The notes: generated from the letters alone by a model not told the origin. DNA of 34,530 nucleotides from Thermoleophilia bacterium (GCA_025935275.1 JAICVP010000001.1:1-34530); one strand, 5' to 3'. Numbered from the stretch's first letter, positions 1-8,704 are shown. Program-made: numbers and translations.

Positions 1-1
1 G

Positions 2-1285
2 CCGCAGCCGGTTCTGCATCCCGGGACGGGCGAGCCCGTGGGCCCGGACGACCTTGCGCCGCTCTTCCCGATGGAGCTCATCCTCCAGGAGGTCTCCGAC
101 GCGCCCGAGATCCCGATTCCGGAGCCCGTGCGGGAGATCTTGCGCCTGTGGCGCCCGACGCCGCTCATCCGCGCGCATCGACTGGAGCAGGCGCTCGGCA
201 CGAGGTCGCGGATCTTCTACAAGTACGAGGGCGTCTCGCCGGCGGGGAGCCACAAGCCCAACACAGCGGTCGCCCAGGCGTACTACTCCAAGCAGGAAGG
301 CCGGGAGCGGCTCGCCACGGAGACCGGCGCAGGCCAGTGGGGAAGCGCACTGGCGCTTGCCTGCCGCCTGCTCGGGCTCGAGTGCAAGGTCTACATGGTC
401 AAGGTCTCGTACCACCAGAAGCCTTACCGGCGCTCGATGATGGAAACGTGGGGCGCGAGCGTGATCGCAAGCCCGTCGGAGGAGACGCAGTCCGGGCGCT
501 CGATCCTCGAGGCCGACCCGGATTCGCCGGGAAGCCTCGGCATCGCCATCTCCGAGGCCGTCGAGGACGCCGCAGGACGGGACGACACGGCCTATGCGCT
601 CGGAAGCGTGCTCAACCACGTGCTCCTGCACCAGACGGTCATCGGCCAGGAGGCGCTCGCGCAGCTGGAGCTGGCGGGCGCATTCCCGGATGTGATCATC
701 GGTTGTGTGGGCGGTGGCTCGAACTTCGCCGGCCTTGCCTTCCCCTTCATCCGCGAGAAGATCGGCGGCAAGGAGATCGACGTGCTCGCCTGCGAGCCCG
801 CGGCCTGCCCGACGCTCACCCGCGGTCCATTCGCTTACGACTTCGGGGACACCGGGCAGCTGACTCCGCTCGTTCCCATGCACACGCTCGGCCACGACTT
901 CGTCCCGGCGGGGATCCACGCGGGCGGTCTCCGCTACCACGGAGTCGCGCCTCTGATCTCGCAGCTCGTCCTCGACGGCCTCGTGCGCGGAGAGGCCTAC
1001 GCGCAGAACGACGTCTTCGCGTCCGCCGTCACCTTCGCGGGCAGCGAAGGGATCATCCCGGCGCCCGAATCGGCCCATGCAATCCATGGCGCCCTGCTGA
1101 ATGCCATGGCGGCGGACGACGAGGGAGTGGAGCGGACGATCCTCTTCAACCTCTCGGGACACGGGCATTTCGACATGGCCGCGTACGACGACTACCTGGC
1201 CGGCCGGCTCGAGGACTTCGCGCTCCCGGAGGAAGAGATCCAGCGGGCGCTCGTGGCCATCGAGCCGCTGCCGAAGCCTGCTTAG
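2..1285 (+). CDS. trpB: Tryptophan synthase beta-like PLP enzyme (TrpB2 class); 5' end runs off the window
   Basis: The frame stays open back to base 2 ([25 protein letters not shown]...). Motifs [35 protein letters not shown] (PLP lysine), [13 protein letters not shown] and [11 protein letters not shown] match the TrpB2 family as I recall it. Confidence 0.85.
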   Translation, partial: PQPVLHPGTGEPVGPDDLAPLFPMELILQEVSDAPEIPIPEPVREILRLWRPTPLIRAHRLEQALGTRSRIFYKYEGVSPAGSHKPNTAVAQAYYSKQEGRERLATETGAGQWGSALALACRLLGLECKVYMVKVSYHQKPYRRSMMETWGASVIASPSEETQSGRSILEADPDSPGSLGIAISEAVEDAAGRDDTAYALGSVLNHVLLHQTVIGQEALAQLELAGAFPDVIIGCVGGGSNFAGLAFPFIREKIGGKEIDVLACEPAACPTLTRGPFAYDFGDTGQLTPLVPMHTLGHDFVPAGIHAGGLRYHGVAPLISQLVLDGLVRGEAYAQNDVFASAVTFAGSEGIIPAPESAHAIHGALLNAMAADDEGVERTILFNLSGHGHFDMAAYDDYLAGRLEDFALPEEEIQRALVAIEPLPKPA

Positions 1286-1590
1286 CGCTCTTCCAGCTTC
1301 AAGAGGTCGAGCAGCTCGCCGATCGCGTGATCGTGCTGGGCTCGGTGGCGCATGCGCAGCTCGCGGTTGATCACGTACCGATTCCGGCGCCCGACGCGCT
1401 GCCGCTCGACGAAGCCGCTTTCGACCAGGTCACGCACGATTCGCTGGGCGGCTCGCTCGGTGATCCCGATCGACTCGGCCATGGTCTTCATTCGTGCATC
1501 GGGGTCGCGGGCGATGCAAAGCAGCACCTGCGTGTGGTTGGTGACGAATCGCCAGGGCTTGTCGGACTGGGCTGTTGACACAAGCGACAT
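1282..1590 (-). CDS. Small winged-helix (MarR/ArsR-like) transcriptional regulator
   Basis: 102 aa. The segment [41 protein letters not shown] looks like an HTH plus wing. Its 3' end overlaps the trpB-like stop by 4 nt (TTAG). It is divergent from a small CECG protein gene. Confidence 0.65.
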   Translation of the reverse strand: MSLVSTAQSDKPWRFVTNHTQVLLCIARDPDARMKTMAESIGITERAAQRIVRDLVESGFVERQRVGRRNRYVINRELRMRHRAQHDHAIGELLDLLKLEER

Positions 1591-1604
1591 ATGTGTCGTA
1601 TCTT
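1575..1604 (+). promoter_or_regulatory. Candidate sigma70-type promoter with embedded inverted repeat (possible operator)
   Basis: TTGACA (1575-1580), an 18-nt spacer, then TATCTT (1599-1604). The inverted repeat GACACA(1577-1582)/TGTGTC(1592-1597) flanks the palindrome ACATATGT. The element overlaps the first codons of the divergent regulator. Confidence 0.4.
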
Positions 1605-1640
1605 TTTTGTCGTCAGTTGCGTTCGCATAGTAGCAAACGT

Positions 1641-1898
1641 ATGACGACCCCCCACGAAAGCCACGGAGCCTCGGGTAACGGGCGCGGCGACGGCCAGCCG
1701 GTGCGAAGCGAGTTGCTTCGCGAGGTCAACGACCGCATCCGGGAAGTGGGCAGGGAAGGTGACTTCCCGAGCCTCGAGTTCGTGTGCGAATGTGGGAACG
1801 GCGGGTGTGTCGAGGTCGTGGAGCTGACCACGGCGGACTACGACAGCATCCGCGAGCAGACGGCTCTGGTGCTCGCCGCGGGACACGTGACGGTCTAG
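1641..1898 (+). CDS. Small hypothetical protein with a CECGxxxC knuckle
   Basis: I chose ATG 1641 because third-position GC is low between the track start (1575) and 1641. 85 aa, including SLEFVCECGNGGCVEVVELTTADYDSIRE. Its stop overlaps the convergent amidohydrolase stop (CTAG). Confidence 0.6.
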   Translation: MTTPHESHGASGNGRGDGQPVRSELLREVNDRIREVGREGDFPSLEFVCECGNGGCVEVVELTTADYDSIREQTALVLAAGHVTV

Positions 1899-2905
1899 GC
1901 GGCGAAGACGTCCGCGCCGCAGCCGAAGACGAGCGCGGCCTCGACCTCTTCCTCCGCCACCCCGGCCAGGGAGGGATGGCCGAGGTCGGCCTCGACCCCG
2001 GGCCACTCGTCGAGCCCGAGCGCCTTCGCTCCCTCGGCGGAGCCGATCTCCAGCAGGTCCTGCACCGAGACGACATTGCGCCGTAGCTCCTGGCGCCGCG
2101 CGATTCCCTCGAGCTCGCGCAGCTCCTCGAGCGGGTCGAGCCTGACGTTGGAGTCAGACCCGATGCAGAGTCGAATTCCGTGCTCGCGCACGCGTGCGAC
2201 GGGGAGGAAGCCGTCGCCGAGATTGGCCTCGGTGAGCGGGCAGACGCAGATGCCGGCTCCCGACTCGGCGAGGAGCGCGAGCTCGTTCTCGTCTGCGTGT
2301 GTTCCGTGGACGATCGTCGTCCGGGGGCCGAGGCAGCCGGTCTGGGCCAGGAGCTCGATCGGCCTGACGCCGTGCTCTGCGAGGCATTCCTCGATCTCCT
2401 TCGGCTGCTCGTCCGCGTGGATATGGAGGACGAGGCCTTCGCGCTCGGCGTGGGCGCCGATCTCCTGCAGCCAGTCGGCCGGGCAGGCGCGGACGGAGTG
2501 GGGGGCGACGCCTACGCGCGCACCTGACTCGCGTAGCTCCTCGACCTGCTCGAGGTAGGCGCCCACGGAGGGCTGGCGGAACCGCTCGAGGCCCCCGCGT
2601 GCGTAGGCGGAGAGGAGAAGGACGAGCTCGATACCGGCCGCTGCGGCCGCCTCGACGGCCGCCTTGGCCTCCGGCAGGCCGACATAGTGAAACTCCCCGA
2701 CGGCGGTGTAGCCAGCCGCGAGCATCTCCCTGTACGTCTCCTCGTACGAGGTGCGGACGCCGTCCGGTGTCAGGCCCTGGGCGAGCTCGAGCATCGCATC
2801 GCGCCAGGCCCAGAAGTCGTCTCCCTGGGCGCGGCCCCGCATGGCGCGCTGGAACGCGTGGCTATGGGCGGTGACGAATCCGGGCAGGGAATGCCGGTCG
2901 GACAT
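1895..2905 (-). CDS. Amidohydrolase-superfamily deaminase (formimidoylglutamate deiminase / HutF-like), short N-terminus
   Basis: GFVTAHSHAFQRAMRG (HxH metal motif), HIHADEQ, IVHGTHA and CIGSDSN are amidohydrolase metal-ligand motifs. I chose the start at MSDRH (2905) rather than the track start at 2941, which would overlap pgsA. Confidence 0.8.
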   Translation of the reverse strand: MSDRHSLPGFVTAHSHAFQRAMRGRAQGDDFWAWRDAMLELAQGLTPDGVRTSYEETYREMLAAGYTAVGEFHYVGLPEAKAAVEAAAAAGIELVLLLSAYARGGLERFRQPSVGAYLEQVEELRESGARVGVAPHSVRACPADWLQEIGAHAEREGLVLHIHADEQPKEIEECLAEHGVRPIELLAQTGCLGPRTTIVHGTHADENELALLAESGAGICVCPLTEANLGDGFLPVARVREHGIRLCIGSDSNVRLDPLEELRELEGIARRQELRRNVVSVQDLLEIGSAEGAKALGLDEWPGVEADLGHPSLAGVAEEEVEAALVFGCGADVFAA

Positions 2906-2912
2906 CCGCGCG

Positions 2913-2922
2913 AGGCTACCAT
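2913..2922. promoter_or_regulatory. Overlapping back-to-back -10 hexamers for two divergent, apparently leaderless genes
   Basis: Plus strand: TACCAT (2917-2922) lies 9 nt before the pgsA ATG at 2932. Minus strand: TAGCCT (complement of 2913-2918) lies 7 nt before the amidohydrolase ATG at 2905. The whole intergenic gap is only 26 bp. Confidence 0.35.
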
Positions 2923-2931
2923 TGCCCCACC

Positions 2932-3483
2932 ATGGCGACACGAGCCGTGCCCGCGCCCCTCGCGCAGCTGCCCAACGCGCTCACCATCCTCCGCCTGGTG
3001 CTTATCCCGGTGTTCGTGGTTCTCGTGGTGGACGCAGGCGGGGATGCGAGCTGGCCCGCCGGAATCGTCTTCGGCGTGGCGGGGATCACGGATCAGGTCG
3101 ACGGCTGGCTGGCGCGCCGCTGGGAGGTCGAGTCGGAGTTCGGTAAGTTCGCCGACCCGCTGGCCGACCGGCTGATGATCGACATCGCCGTCATCCTGCT
3201 CTTCGCGTACGACCGGCTCCCCTGGCCGGCGCTCGTCCTCATCGTCATCCGCGACGGGCTCCTCGTGCTCGGGACGCCGTTCGCGCTCCGGCGCGGGTAC
3301 GACTTCTCCGTCAGCTTCCTCGGCAAGGCGGCGACCTGGGTGCTGTACGCGTCGATCGCGTTCATCCTCGTCACGGACGCGGGCACCGACTGGCCCCTCG
3401 CGCTCTTCTGGAGCGGGGTTGCATTGGCTTCCCTGGCGGGAATCCTCTACGGCGTGGCGGTCTGGAAGGCGGTGAGGCAGTGA
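2932..3483 (+). CDS. pgsA: CDP-alcohol phosphatidyltransferase (phosphatidylglycerophosphate synthase-like)
   Basis: The signature [25 protein letters not shown] matches D-G-x2-A-R-x8-G-x3-D-x3-D. The protein is multi-TM and hydrophobic. The stop overlaps the next start (GTGA at 3480). Confidence 0.85.
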   Translation: MATRAVPAPLAQLPNALTILRLVLIPVFVVLVVDAGGDASWPAGIVFGVAGITDQVDGWLARRWEVESEFGKFADPLADRLMIDIAVILLFAYDRLPWPALVLIVIRDGLLVLGTPFALRRGYDFSVSFLGKAATWVLYASIAFILVTDAGTDWPLALFWSGVALASLAGILYGVAVWKAVRQ

Positions 3484-5996
3484 AGGCGGTCGTGATGGCG
3501 GGCGGCGAGGGCACGCGCCTGCGCCCGCTCACCTCGAACCAGCCCAAGCCGATGGTTCCCATCGTCGGCAAGCCGTGCATGGAGCACATCGTCGAGCTCC
3601 TCAAGCACCACGGCTTCGACGACATCGTCGTCACCCTCGCATTCATGCCGCAGGCGATTCGCGGCTACTTCGGCGCGGGGGAGAGCCACGGCGTTTCGAT
3701 CCGGTACTCCGTGGAGGAGTCTCCGATGGGCACCGCGGGCTCGGTGAAGCTCGCCGAGGACGCACTCGACGAGCCCTTCCTCGTCATCTCGGGTGACGCG
3801 CTCTGCGACATCGACCTCGGTGCGCTCGTGCGGTTTCACCAGGAAAAGGAAGCCATGGTGACCATCGGCCTGAAGAGCGTCGACAATCCGCTCGAGTTCG
3901 GGATCGTCGTGACCGACGATGACGGGCGCATCGAGCGGTTCCTGGAGAAGCCCTCCTGGGGCCAGGTCTTCACGGACACGATCAACACGGGCATCTACGT
4001 GCTCGACCCGGAGGTGCTCCGTCACGTGCCCGAGGGCGAGCCGTATGACTTCTCGAAGGAGCTCTTCCCGCTCCTCCTCGAGATGGGCCGCCCCCTCTAC
4101 GGCTACGTCGCGGACGGCTACTGGCAGGACATCGGGAACCTCGACCAGTTCCGCCAGGCGAACTTCGACGCTCTCGACGAGCGGGTGGCGCTGAACGTCG
4201 CCGGCATCAAGCTGCGCGGCAACGTCTGGGTCGGCGAGGGGGTCGAGCTGGCCGACCTCGAATCCGTCGAAGGCCCCGCGTTCATCGGCAACTACTGCCG
4301 CATCGCGCCGCAGGCGTCCGTCGGCCCGTACTCCGTGCTCTCGCCGAGCGTGACGCTGCGTGAGCATGCGCGCACGACGCGGTCGGTCGTGGACTCGTCC
4401 ACGTACATCGGCCGGAGCGCGCTCGTGGAGGGTGCGATCGCAGGCAAGTCCTGCGACATCAGGCCGCACGCCCGGCTGCACGAGGGGGTGGCGGTGGGGG
4501 ACAGCTGCACGATCGGCGAGCAGAGCGTCGTCATGCCTGGAATCCGCATCTATCCGTTCAAAGAGGTCGAAGCGGGCGCGCTCGTCGACCGGAACCTGAT
4601 CTGGGAGTCGCGCCTGGCCTCGAGGCTCTTCGGCCGCGACGCGGTCGCCGGCCTCGTGAACGTCGACCTGACGCCCGAGACCGCGCTGCGGGTCGGGATC
4701 GCGCTCGGCACGGCCCTGAAGCGCGGCGTCCGCGTGGTGACGAGCCGAGACGGCTCTCCCGCGAGCCGGCTCCTCAAGCGAGCGGTCGTCTCCGGCATCA
4801 CCTCCACGGGCGTCCAGGTCGCCGACCTCCACGTCATGCCGGCCGCCGTCAACCGCCACTTCCTGAAGAGCGAGGGCCTCGGCGCGGGCGTCCACGTTCG
4901 TCCGAGCACAGTCGATCCCGAGATCATGCAGATCCAATTCTTCGAGCCGCCGGGCATCCAGGCGACGCCCGAGTTCCTCAAGGAGATCGAGAAGCACTTC
5001 CAGCGCCAGGAGTTCCGGCGCGCCGCGTACGACGAGGTGGGCCAGATCTACACGCCGACACGGGCCGCCGAGACCTACGCGGACGACCTCCTGGGGACGC
5101 TCGACGTCGAGGCCATCAGGGCGCGCACCTTCAGGATCGTGGTCGACTATGCCCACTCGGCGGCCTCGATCGTGCTTCCGGTCGTGCTCGGCCCGCTCGG
5201 TGTCGAGATGATCGCCGCGCATCCGTACGGCGGGGAGCAGACCGCGGACTCGGCGGACGGGGTGCGAGAGGCGCTCGGCCATGCAAAGCGCCTCGTTGCG
5301 GCGGTCGGAGCCGACTTCGGCGTCGTGTTCGACCGCTCCGGCGAACGGATCTACCTCGTCGACGAGCAGGCGCATGAAGTCCCGGTCGAGCAGGAGCTGC
5401 TCCTTTTCCTCAGCCTCCTCGCCTCCGACGGCAAGAGCGGGACACTCGCGCTTCCGATCACGGTCACGAGCCTCGCGGAGCCGCTCGTCAAAGGCTCGAA
5501 GCTCGAGGTCACGCGAACGGCCGCCTCCCTCTCGGCGCTCACGCGCGCGTCCGCCGGTGACGGCGTCGTCTTCGCGGGGTCCATCGGCGGCGGCTTCGTC
5601 TTCCCCGAGTTCTTGCCCGCTTACGACGGCGTCGCCAGCCTCTGCAACCTGCTGCAGCTGCTCGCGCCCGTCGACCGTCCACTCTCGGAGCTTGTTTCCG
5701 GCCTGCCGCAGTCCACCGTCATCCATCGCCAGGTGCGCTGCCCGTGGGCCCGCAAGGGCGCTGTCATGCGCATCCTCACGGAACGCGTGAAGGGGAAGAA
5801 GGTGGACACCCTCGACGGGATCAAGGTCTACGAGGACGGCGGGTGGGCACAGGTGCTTCCCGACCCCGACGAGCCGCTCGTCCACGTGTACGCCGAAGGG
5901 AAGACACCGGAGGACGCGGCGACCCTCGAAGAGCGCTTCCTCAAGCTCGTCGAGGACATCGTCGCGGGCACCGATGAAGAGGACGGGGTGGCATAA
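3480..5996 (+). CDS. Sugar-1-phosphate nucleotidyltransferase (mannose-1-P guanylyltransferase-like) + hexapeptide beta-helix + phosphohexomutase-like C-terminal half
   Basis: The N-terminus [28 protein letters not shown] is the NTP-transferase G-loop. The middle part shows a left-handed beta-helix repeat pattern. The C-terminal ~460 aa is arranged like PGM/PMM, but the four catalytic motifs look degenerate (see findings). Confidence 0.85.
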   Translation: MKAVVMAGGEGTRLRPLTSNQPKPMVPIVGKPCMEHIVELLKHHGFDDIVVTLAFMPQAIRGYFGAGESHGVSIRYSVEESPMGTAGSVKLAEDALDEPFLVISGDALCDIDLGALVRFHQEKEAMVTIGLKSVDNPLEFGIVVTDDDGRIERFLEKPSWGQVFTDTINTGIYVLDPEVLRHVPEGEPYDFSKELFPLLLEMGRPLYGYVADGYWQDIGNLDQFRQANFDALDERVALNVAGIKLRGNVWVGEGVELADLESVEGPAFIGNYCRIAPQASVGPYSVLSPSVTLREHARTTRSVVDSSTYIGRSALVEGAIAGKSCDIRPHARLHEGVAVGDSCTIGEQSVVMPGIRIYPFKEVEAGALVDRNLIWESRLASRLFGRDAVAGLVNVDLTPETALRVGIALGTALKRGVRVVTSRDGSPASRLLKRAVVSGITSTGVQVADLHVMPAAVNRHFLKSEGLGAGVHVRPSTVDPEIMQIQFFEPPGIQATPEFLKEIEKHFQRQEFRRAAYDEVGQIYTPTRAAETYADDLLGTLDVEAIRARTFRIVVDYAHSAASIVLPVVLGPLGVEMIAAHPYGGEQTADSADGVREALGHAKRLVAAVGADFGVVFDRSGERIYLVDEQAHEVPVEQELLLFLSLLASDGKSGTLALPITVTSLAEPLVKGSKLEVTRTAASLSALTRASAGDGVVFAGSIGGGFVFPEFLPAYDGVASLCNLLQLLAPVDRPLSELVSGLPQSTVIHRQVRCPWARKGAVMRILTERVKGKKVDTLDGIKVYEDGGWAQVLPDPDEPLVHVYAEGKTPEDAATLEERFLKLVEDIVAGTDEEDGVA

Positions 5997-6077
5997 CCCT
6001 CAAGTCCAGGTTGAAGGATTGGCGAGCGCTTGCCATACTTCAGGAGCCCCTCGTTCCTCTCCGATCGGAGTTAACAC

Positions 6078-6329
6078 GTGGAAGCCCTTCCCGACCTCGA
6101 TTCTCTGTCCGACCAGGAGTTGCGCGACCTCATCCGCGACCTCATGGACGAGGAGCGCGAGGTTTCGTACCGGCGCCGCATCCTGCATGGCAAGATCGAC
6201 ATCCTGCGCGCGGAGCTGCAGGCGCGCCTGAAGAAGGACGTGGGGGAGGGCAAGAGCCCGCTCCACGACATCGACGTCGACAAGCTGGCGGAGATCCTCG
6301 CCACCAAGGCGTCCCCGCCGGCCGAATAG
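6078..6329 (+). CDS. Small acidic coiled-coil protein, RsiG-like (single E-x3-S-x2-R-x3-[Q/H]-x3-D motif)
   Basis: 83 aa. GTG start with GGAG 8 nt upstream. The segment EEREVSYRRRILHGKIDILRAEL carries the spaced motif at residues E26/S30/R33/H37/D41. It is the first gene of the FHA-MerR-apt operon. Confidence 0.7.
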   Translation: MEALPDLDSLSDQELRDLIRDLMDEEREVSYRRRILHGKIDILRAELQARLKKDVGEGKSPLHDIDVDKLAEILATKASPPAE

Positions 6330-6336
6330 GCTCGCC

Positions 6337-6804
6337 GTGAGCCACGTCCACTGTCCGGAGTGCGGCTTCCAGAATCCCGAAGCCTCCAATTACTGCTCCA
6401 AGTGCGGAGCGCTGCTCCCGCGTGACGAGCCCGGCGCGCACACGACCATGACCTTCACCCCGGAGGAGGTGGCCGAGGACGACTCGCTCTCGCTCGCCGA
6501 TCTCCGCATCGAAGGCCCTGCGCTCGTGGTCCGCTCCGGCGGCGGCCGGTCCGGCGAGACATACGCCGTCGAGTCGGAGCGCCTGGGCATCGGCCGCGGG
6601 CCCGAGAACGAGGTCTTTCTCGACGACGTCACGGTCTCCCGCAGGCACGCGGTGCTCGTCCACCGCGACGACGGCTATTACATCGACGACGAGGAGAGCC
6701 TGAACGGCACGTACGTCAATCGCCGCAGGGTCGAGAGCGCCAAGCTCGAAGACGGAGACGAGGTGCAGATCGGGAAGTACCGCCTCACGTTCCTGGAGTC
6801 CTAG
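6337..6804 (+). CDS. FHA-domain protein (GarA/OdhI-like) with N-terminal zinc ribbon
   Basis: CPECGFQNPEASNYCSKCG is a CxxC...CxxC ribbon. The FHA core is LGIGRGPENEVFLDDVTVSRRHAVL...SLNGTYVNRRRV...GDEVQIGKYRLTF. A Thr-rich linker (HTTMTFTPEE) lies between them. Confidence 0.85.
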   Translation: MSHVHCPECGFQNPEASNYCSKCGALLPRDEPGAHTTMTFTPEEVAEDDSLSLADLRIEGPALVVRSGGGRSGETYAVESERLGIGRGPENEVFLDDVTVSRRHAVLVHRDDGYYIDDEESLNGTYVNRRRVESAKLEDGDEVQIGKYRLTFLES

Positions 6805-6806
6805 CC

Positions 6807-7502
6807 ATGGCCACCGTCGTCTCCCGAGTCGAGTCCGACGGGCCGCGCGAGCGGCCCCTAACCATCGGCGCGGTCTGCCGGCGGCTCCAGGACGAGTTCC
6901 CTGACATCTCGATCTCGAAGATCCGCTACCTCGAGGATCAGGGCCTGCTCACGCCGAGGCGGACGCAGGGCGGTTACAGGCTCTTCACCGAGGACGACGT
7001 CGACCGGCTCGAGACCATCCTCCGGCTGCAGCGCGACGAGTTCCTCCCCCTGCGCGTCATTCGCCAGGAGCTCGCGGCGCCGAGACGCAAGCCGCGCCAG
7101 CGGATGGGACTCGGCGAGCCCGAGCAGGAGCTCGACTTCGACACGCTGTGCGAGCGGACCGGGGCGACGCCCGCCTTCGTGCGCGACCTCGAGGATTACG
7201 GGCTGCTCGCCCCCGCCGGGGACGGCAGCGAGCGCCGGTATCCCGAACGGGACGTGGACGTCGTGACCGCGTGCCTGCAGCTCGCGCGTTACGGCGTCGA
7301 GCCCCGCAACCTGCGGCCGTTCAAGACGGGCGCGGAGCAGGAAGCCGCCAAGCTGGAGCAGATCGTCGCGCCGAAGCTCCGCTCCCACAACCCGGACCGG
7401 CACCGAGCAGGGCTCGAAGACCTGCAGACGCTCGCGGCGCTCTCCCAGGAGCTCTCACAGCTCCTCTTCTGGCGGGCCGTCCGCTCGCTGGCGCGGCCGT
7501 AA
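6807..7502 (+). CDS. MerR-family transcriptional regulator (Rv1828/FtsR-like)
   Basis: LTIGAVCRRLQDEFPDISISKIRYLEDQGLLTPRRTQGGYRLFTEDDVDRLETILRLQRD is a MerR HTH. The gene starts 2 nt after the FHA stop, with GGAG 8 nt upstream. Confidence 0.85.
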   Translation: MATVVSRVESDGPRERPLTIGAVCRRLQDEFPDISISKIRYLEDQGLLTPRRTQGGYRLFTEDDVDRLETILRLQRDEFLPLRVIRQELAAPRRKPRQRMGLGEPEQELDFDTLCERTGATPAFVRDLEDYGLLAPAGDGSERRYPERDVDVVTACLQLARYGVEPRNLRPFKTGAEQEAAKLEQIVAPKLRSHNPDRHRAGLEDLQTLAALSQELSQLLFWRAVRSLARP

Positions 7503-7503
7503 C

Positions 7504-8022
7504 GTGCCGGTCGACCTCAGCACGAAGATCCGGGACATCCCGGACTTCCCGAAGCGGGGCATTGTCTTCAAGGACATCATGCCGCTCCTCGCCGATGCCG
7601 AGGCGCTGCACGAAACGGTCGACCAGCTTGCCGAGTTCGCCGAGCCCCGCAAGCCCGACCTGATCCTGGGCGCCGAGGCCCGCGGCTTCATTCTCGGCGC
7701 CGCGCTCGCGTACCGGCTCAACTGCGGCTTCGTGGCCGCGCGCAAGCCCGGGAAACTCCCCTGGAGAACGGTCAGCGCGAAGTACGCGCTCGAGTACGGC
7801 TTCGACGCGCTCGAGCTCCACGCGGACGCGATCAAGAACGGCGCCCGGGTTCTGATCCACGACGATCTCCTCGCCACCGGTGGCACGGCGAAGGCGAAGG
7901 TCGACCTCGTGGAGCAGCTCGGCGGCGAGGTCGTCGGCCTCGCATTCGTCATCGAGCTGGAGTTCCTGCACGGGCGAGAGAAGCTCGACGGCTACGACCT
8001 CTGCTCGCTGATCAAGTACTGA
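7504..8022 (+). CDS. apt: Adenine phosphoribosyltransferase
   Basis: IRDIPDFPKRGIVFKDIMPLL and the PRPP loop VLIHDDLLATGGTAKA. The GTG start lies 1 nt after the MerR stop. Confidence 0.9.
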   Translation: MPVDLSTKIRDIPDFPKRGIVFKDIMPLLADAEALHETVDQLAEFAEPRKPDLILGAEARGFILGAALAYRLNCGFVAARKPGKLPWRTVSAKYALEYGFDALELHADAIKNGARVLIHDDLLATGGTAKAKVDLVEQLGGEVVGLAFVIELEFLHGREKLDGYDLCSLIKY

Positions 8023-8074
8023 TCCGTACAAGGTCTGACGTTTTCCGTCTGACCTGCCGATAAATAATCCGGAA

Positions 8075-8677
8075 ATGTACGACGGGCTGACCGGGCTCTA
8101 CACCTTCGCGTGCCCCGTCAGGGGCGAAGTCCGGCTGCCGCTCTCCGCCTTCAGAGTCATCGACCGGCTGCCCGGCGCGGCGCATCCCGCGGTCTACAAG
8201 GTCACGTTTTCGTGTGAGTGCGGGGACGAGCACGACGGCCTCGTCGCGCACGACGACCTCGACTGGGCGCCGCTGGCGGGCGGAGATGTCTCCTTCGTGA
8301 ATCTCATGACGTCGAAGCTCGAGTCCGCCGCGGCCGACCTCCTGGAGCTCGCCGCCACCCAGATCCGCGCAGGGGCATGGCCCTGGAGCTTCTTCTGCTA
8401 CCCGGAGGAGCGCGCACGGCCCGTGTTCCCGTCCTCGTTCCGTGCTCTCGGCGCGGGGGAGGACCGGATCGGCCTGGCCGTCGAGTGCCCGTCGTGCTCC
8501 CGCACCTCGGTCAATCTCGTGACGCACCGTCACGTCGACGTCCCGTTCTACAACGACCGCAAGGTGGACGTTGTCGAGTACATGTTCTCCGGCGACCGCC
8601 AGACGACCCTCGAGGCATTTCGCGCCGAGGTCGACTCCGGACGCTTCGACGCGCGCCGCCGCGACCTCGCGGCGTAA
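8075..8677 (+). CDS. Hypothetical cytosolic Cys/His-rich protein
   Basis: 200 aa with balanced composition and high third-position GC. An AT-rich patch sits just upstream (GATAAATAATCCGGAAATG). Contains FSCECGDEHDG and ECPSCS. No family recognised. Confidence 0.6.
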   Translation: MYDGLTGLYTFACPVRGEVRLPLSAFRVIDRLPGAAHPAVYKVTFSCECGDEHDGLVAHDDLDWAPLAGGDVSFVNLMTSKLESAAADLLELAATQIRAGAWPWSFFCYPEERARPVFPSSFRALGAGEDRIGLAVECPSCSRTSVNLVTHRHVDVPFYNDRKVDVVEYMFSGDRQTTLEAFRAEVDSGRFDARRRDLAA

Positions 8678-8704
8678 CGGAATCGCGGTTACAGACGTTG
8701 CTCC

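Noticed and set aside
3447-5885. 812-aa ORF on the minus strand
   Set aside because: It is exactly antisense to the well-supported nucleotidyltransferase gene. The translation is R/D/E/A/G-rich with no motifs. This is a typical shadow ORF in high-GC DNA.
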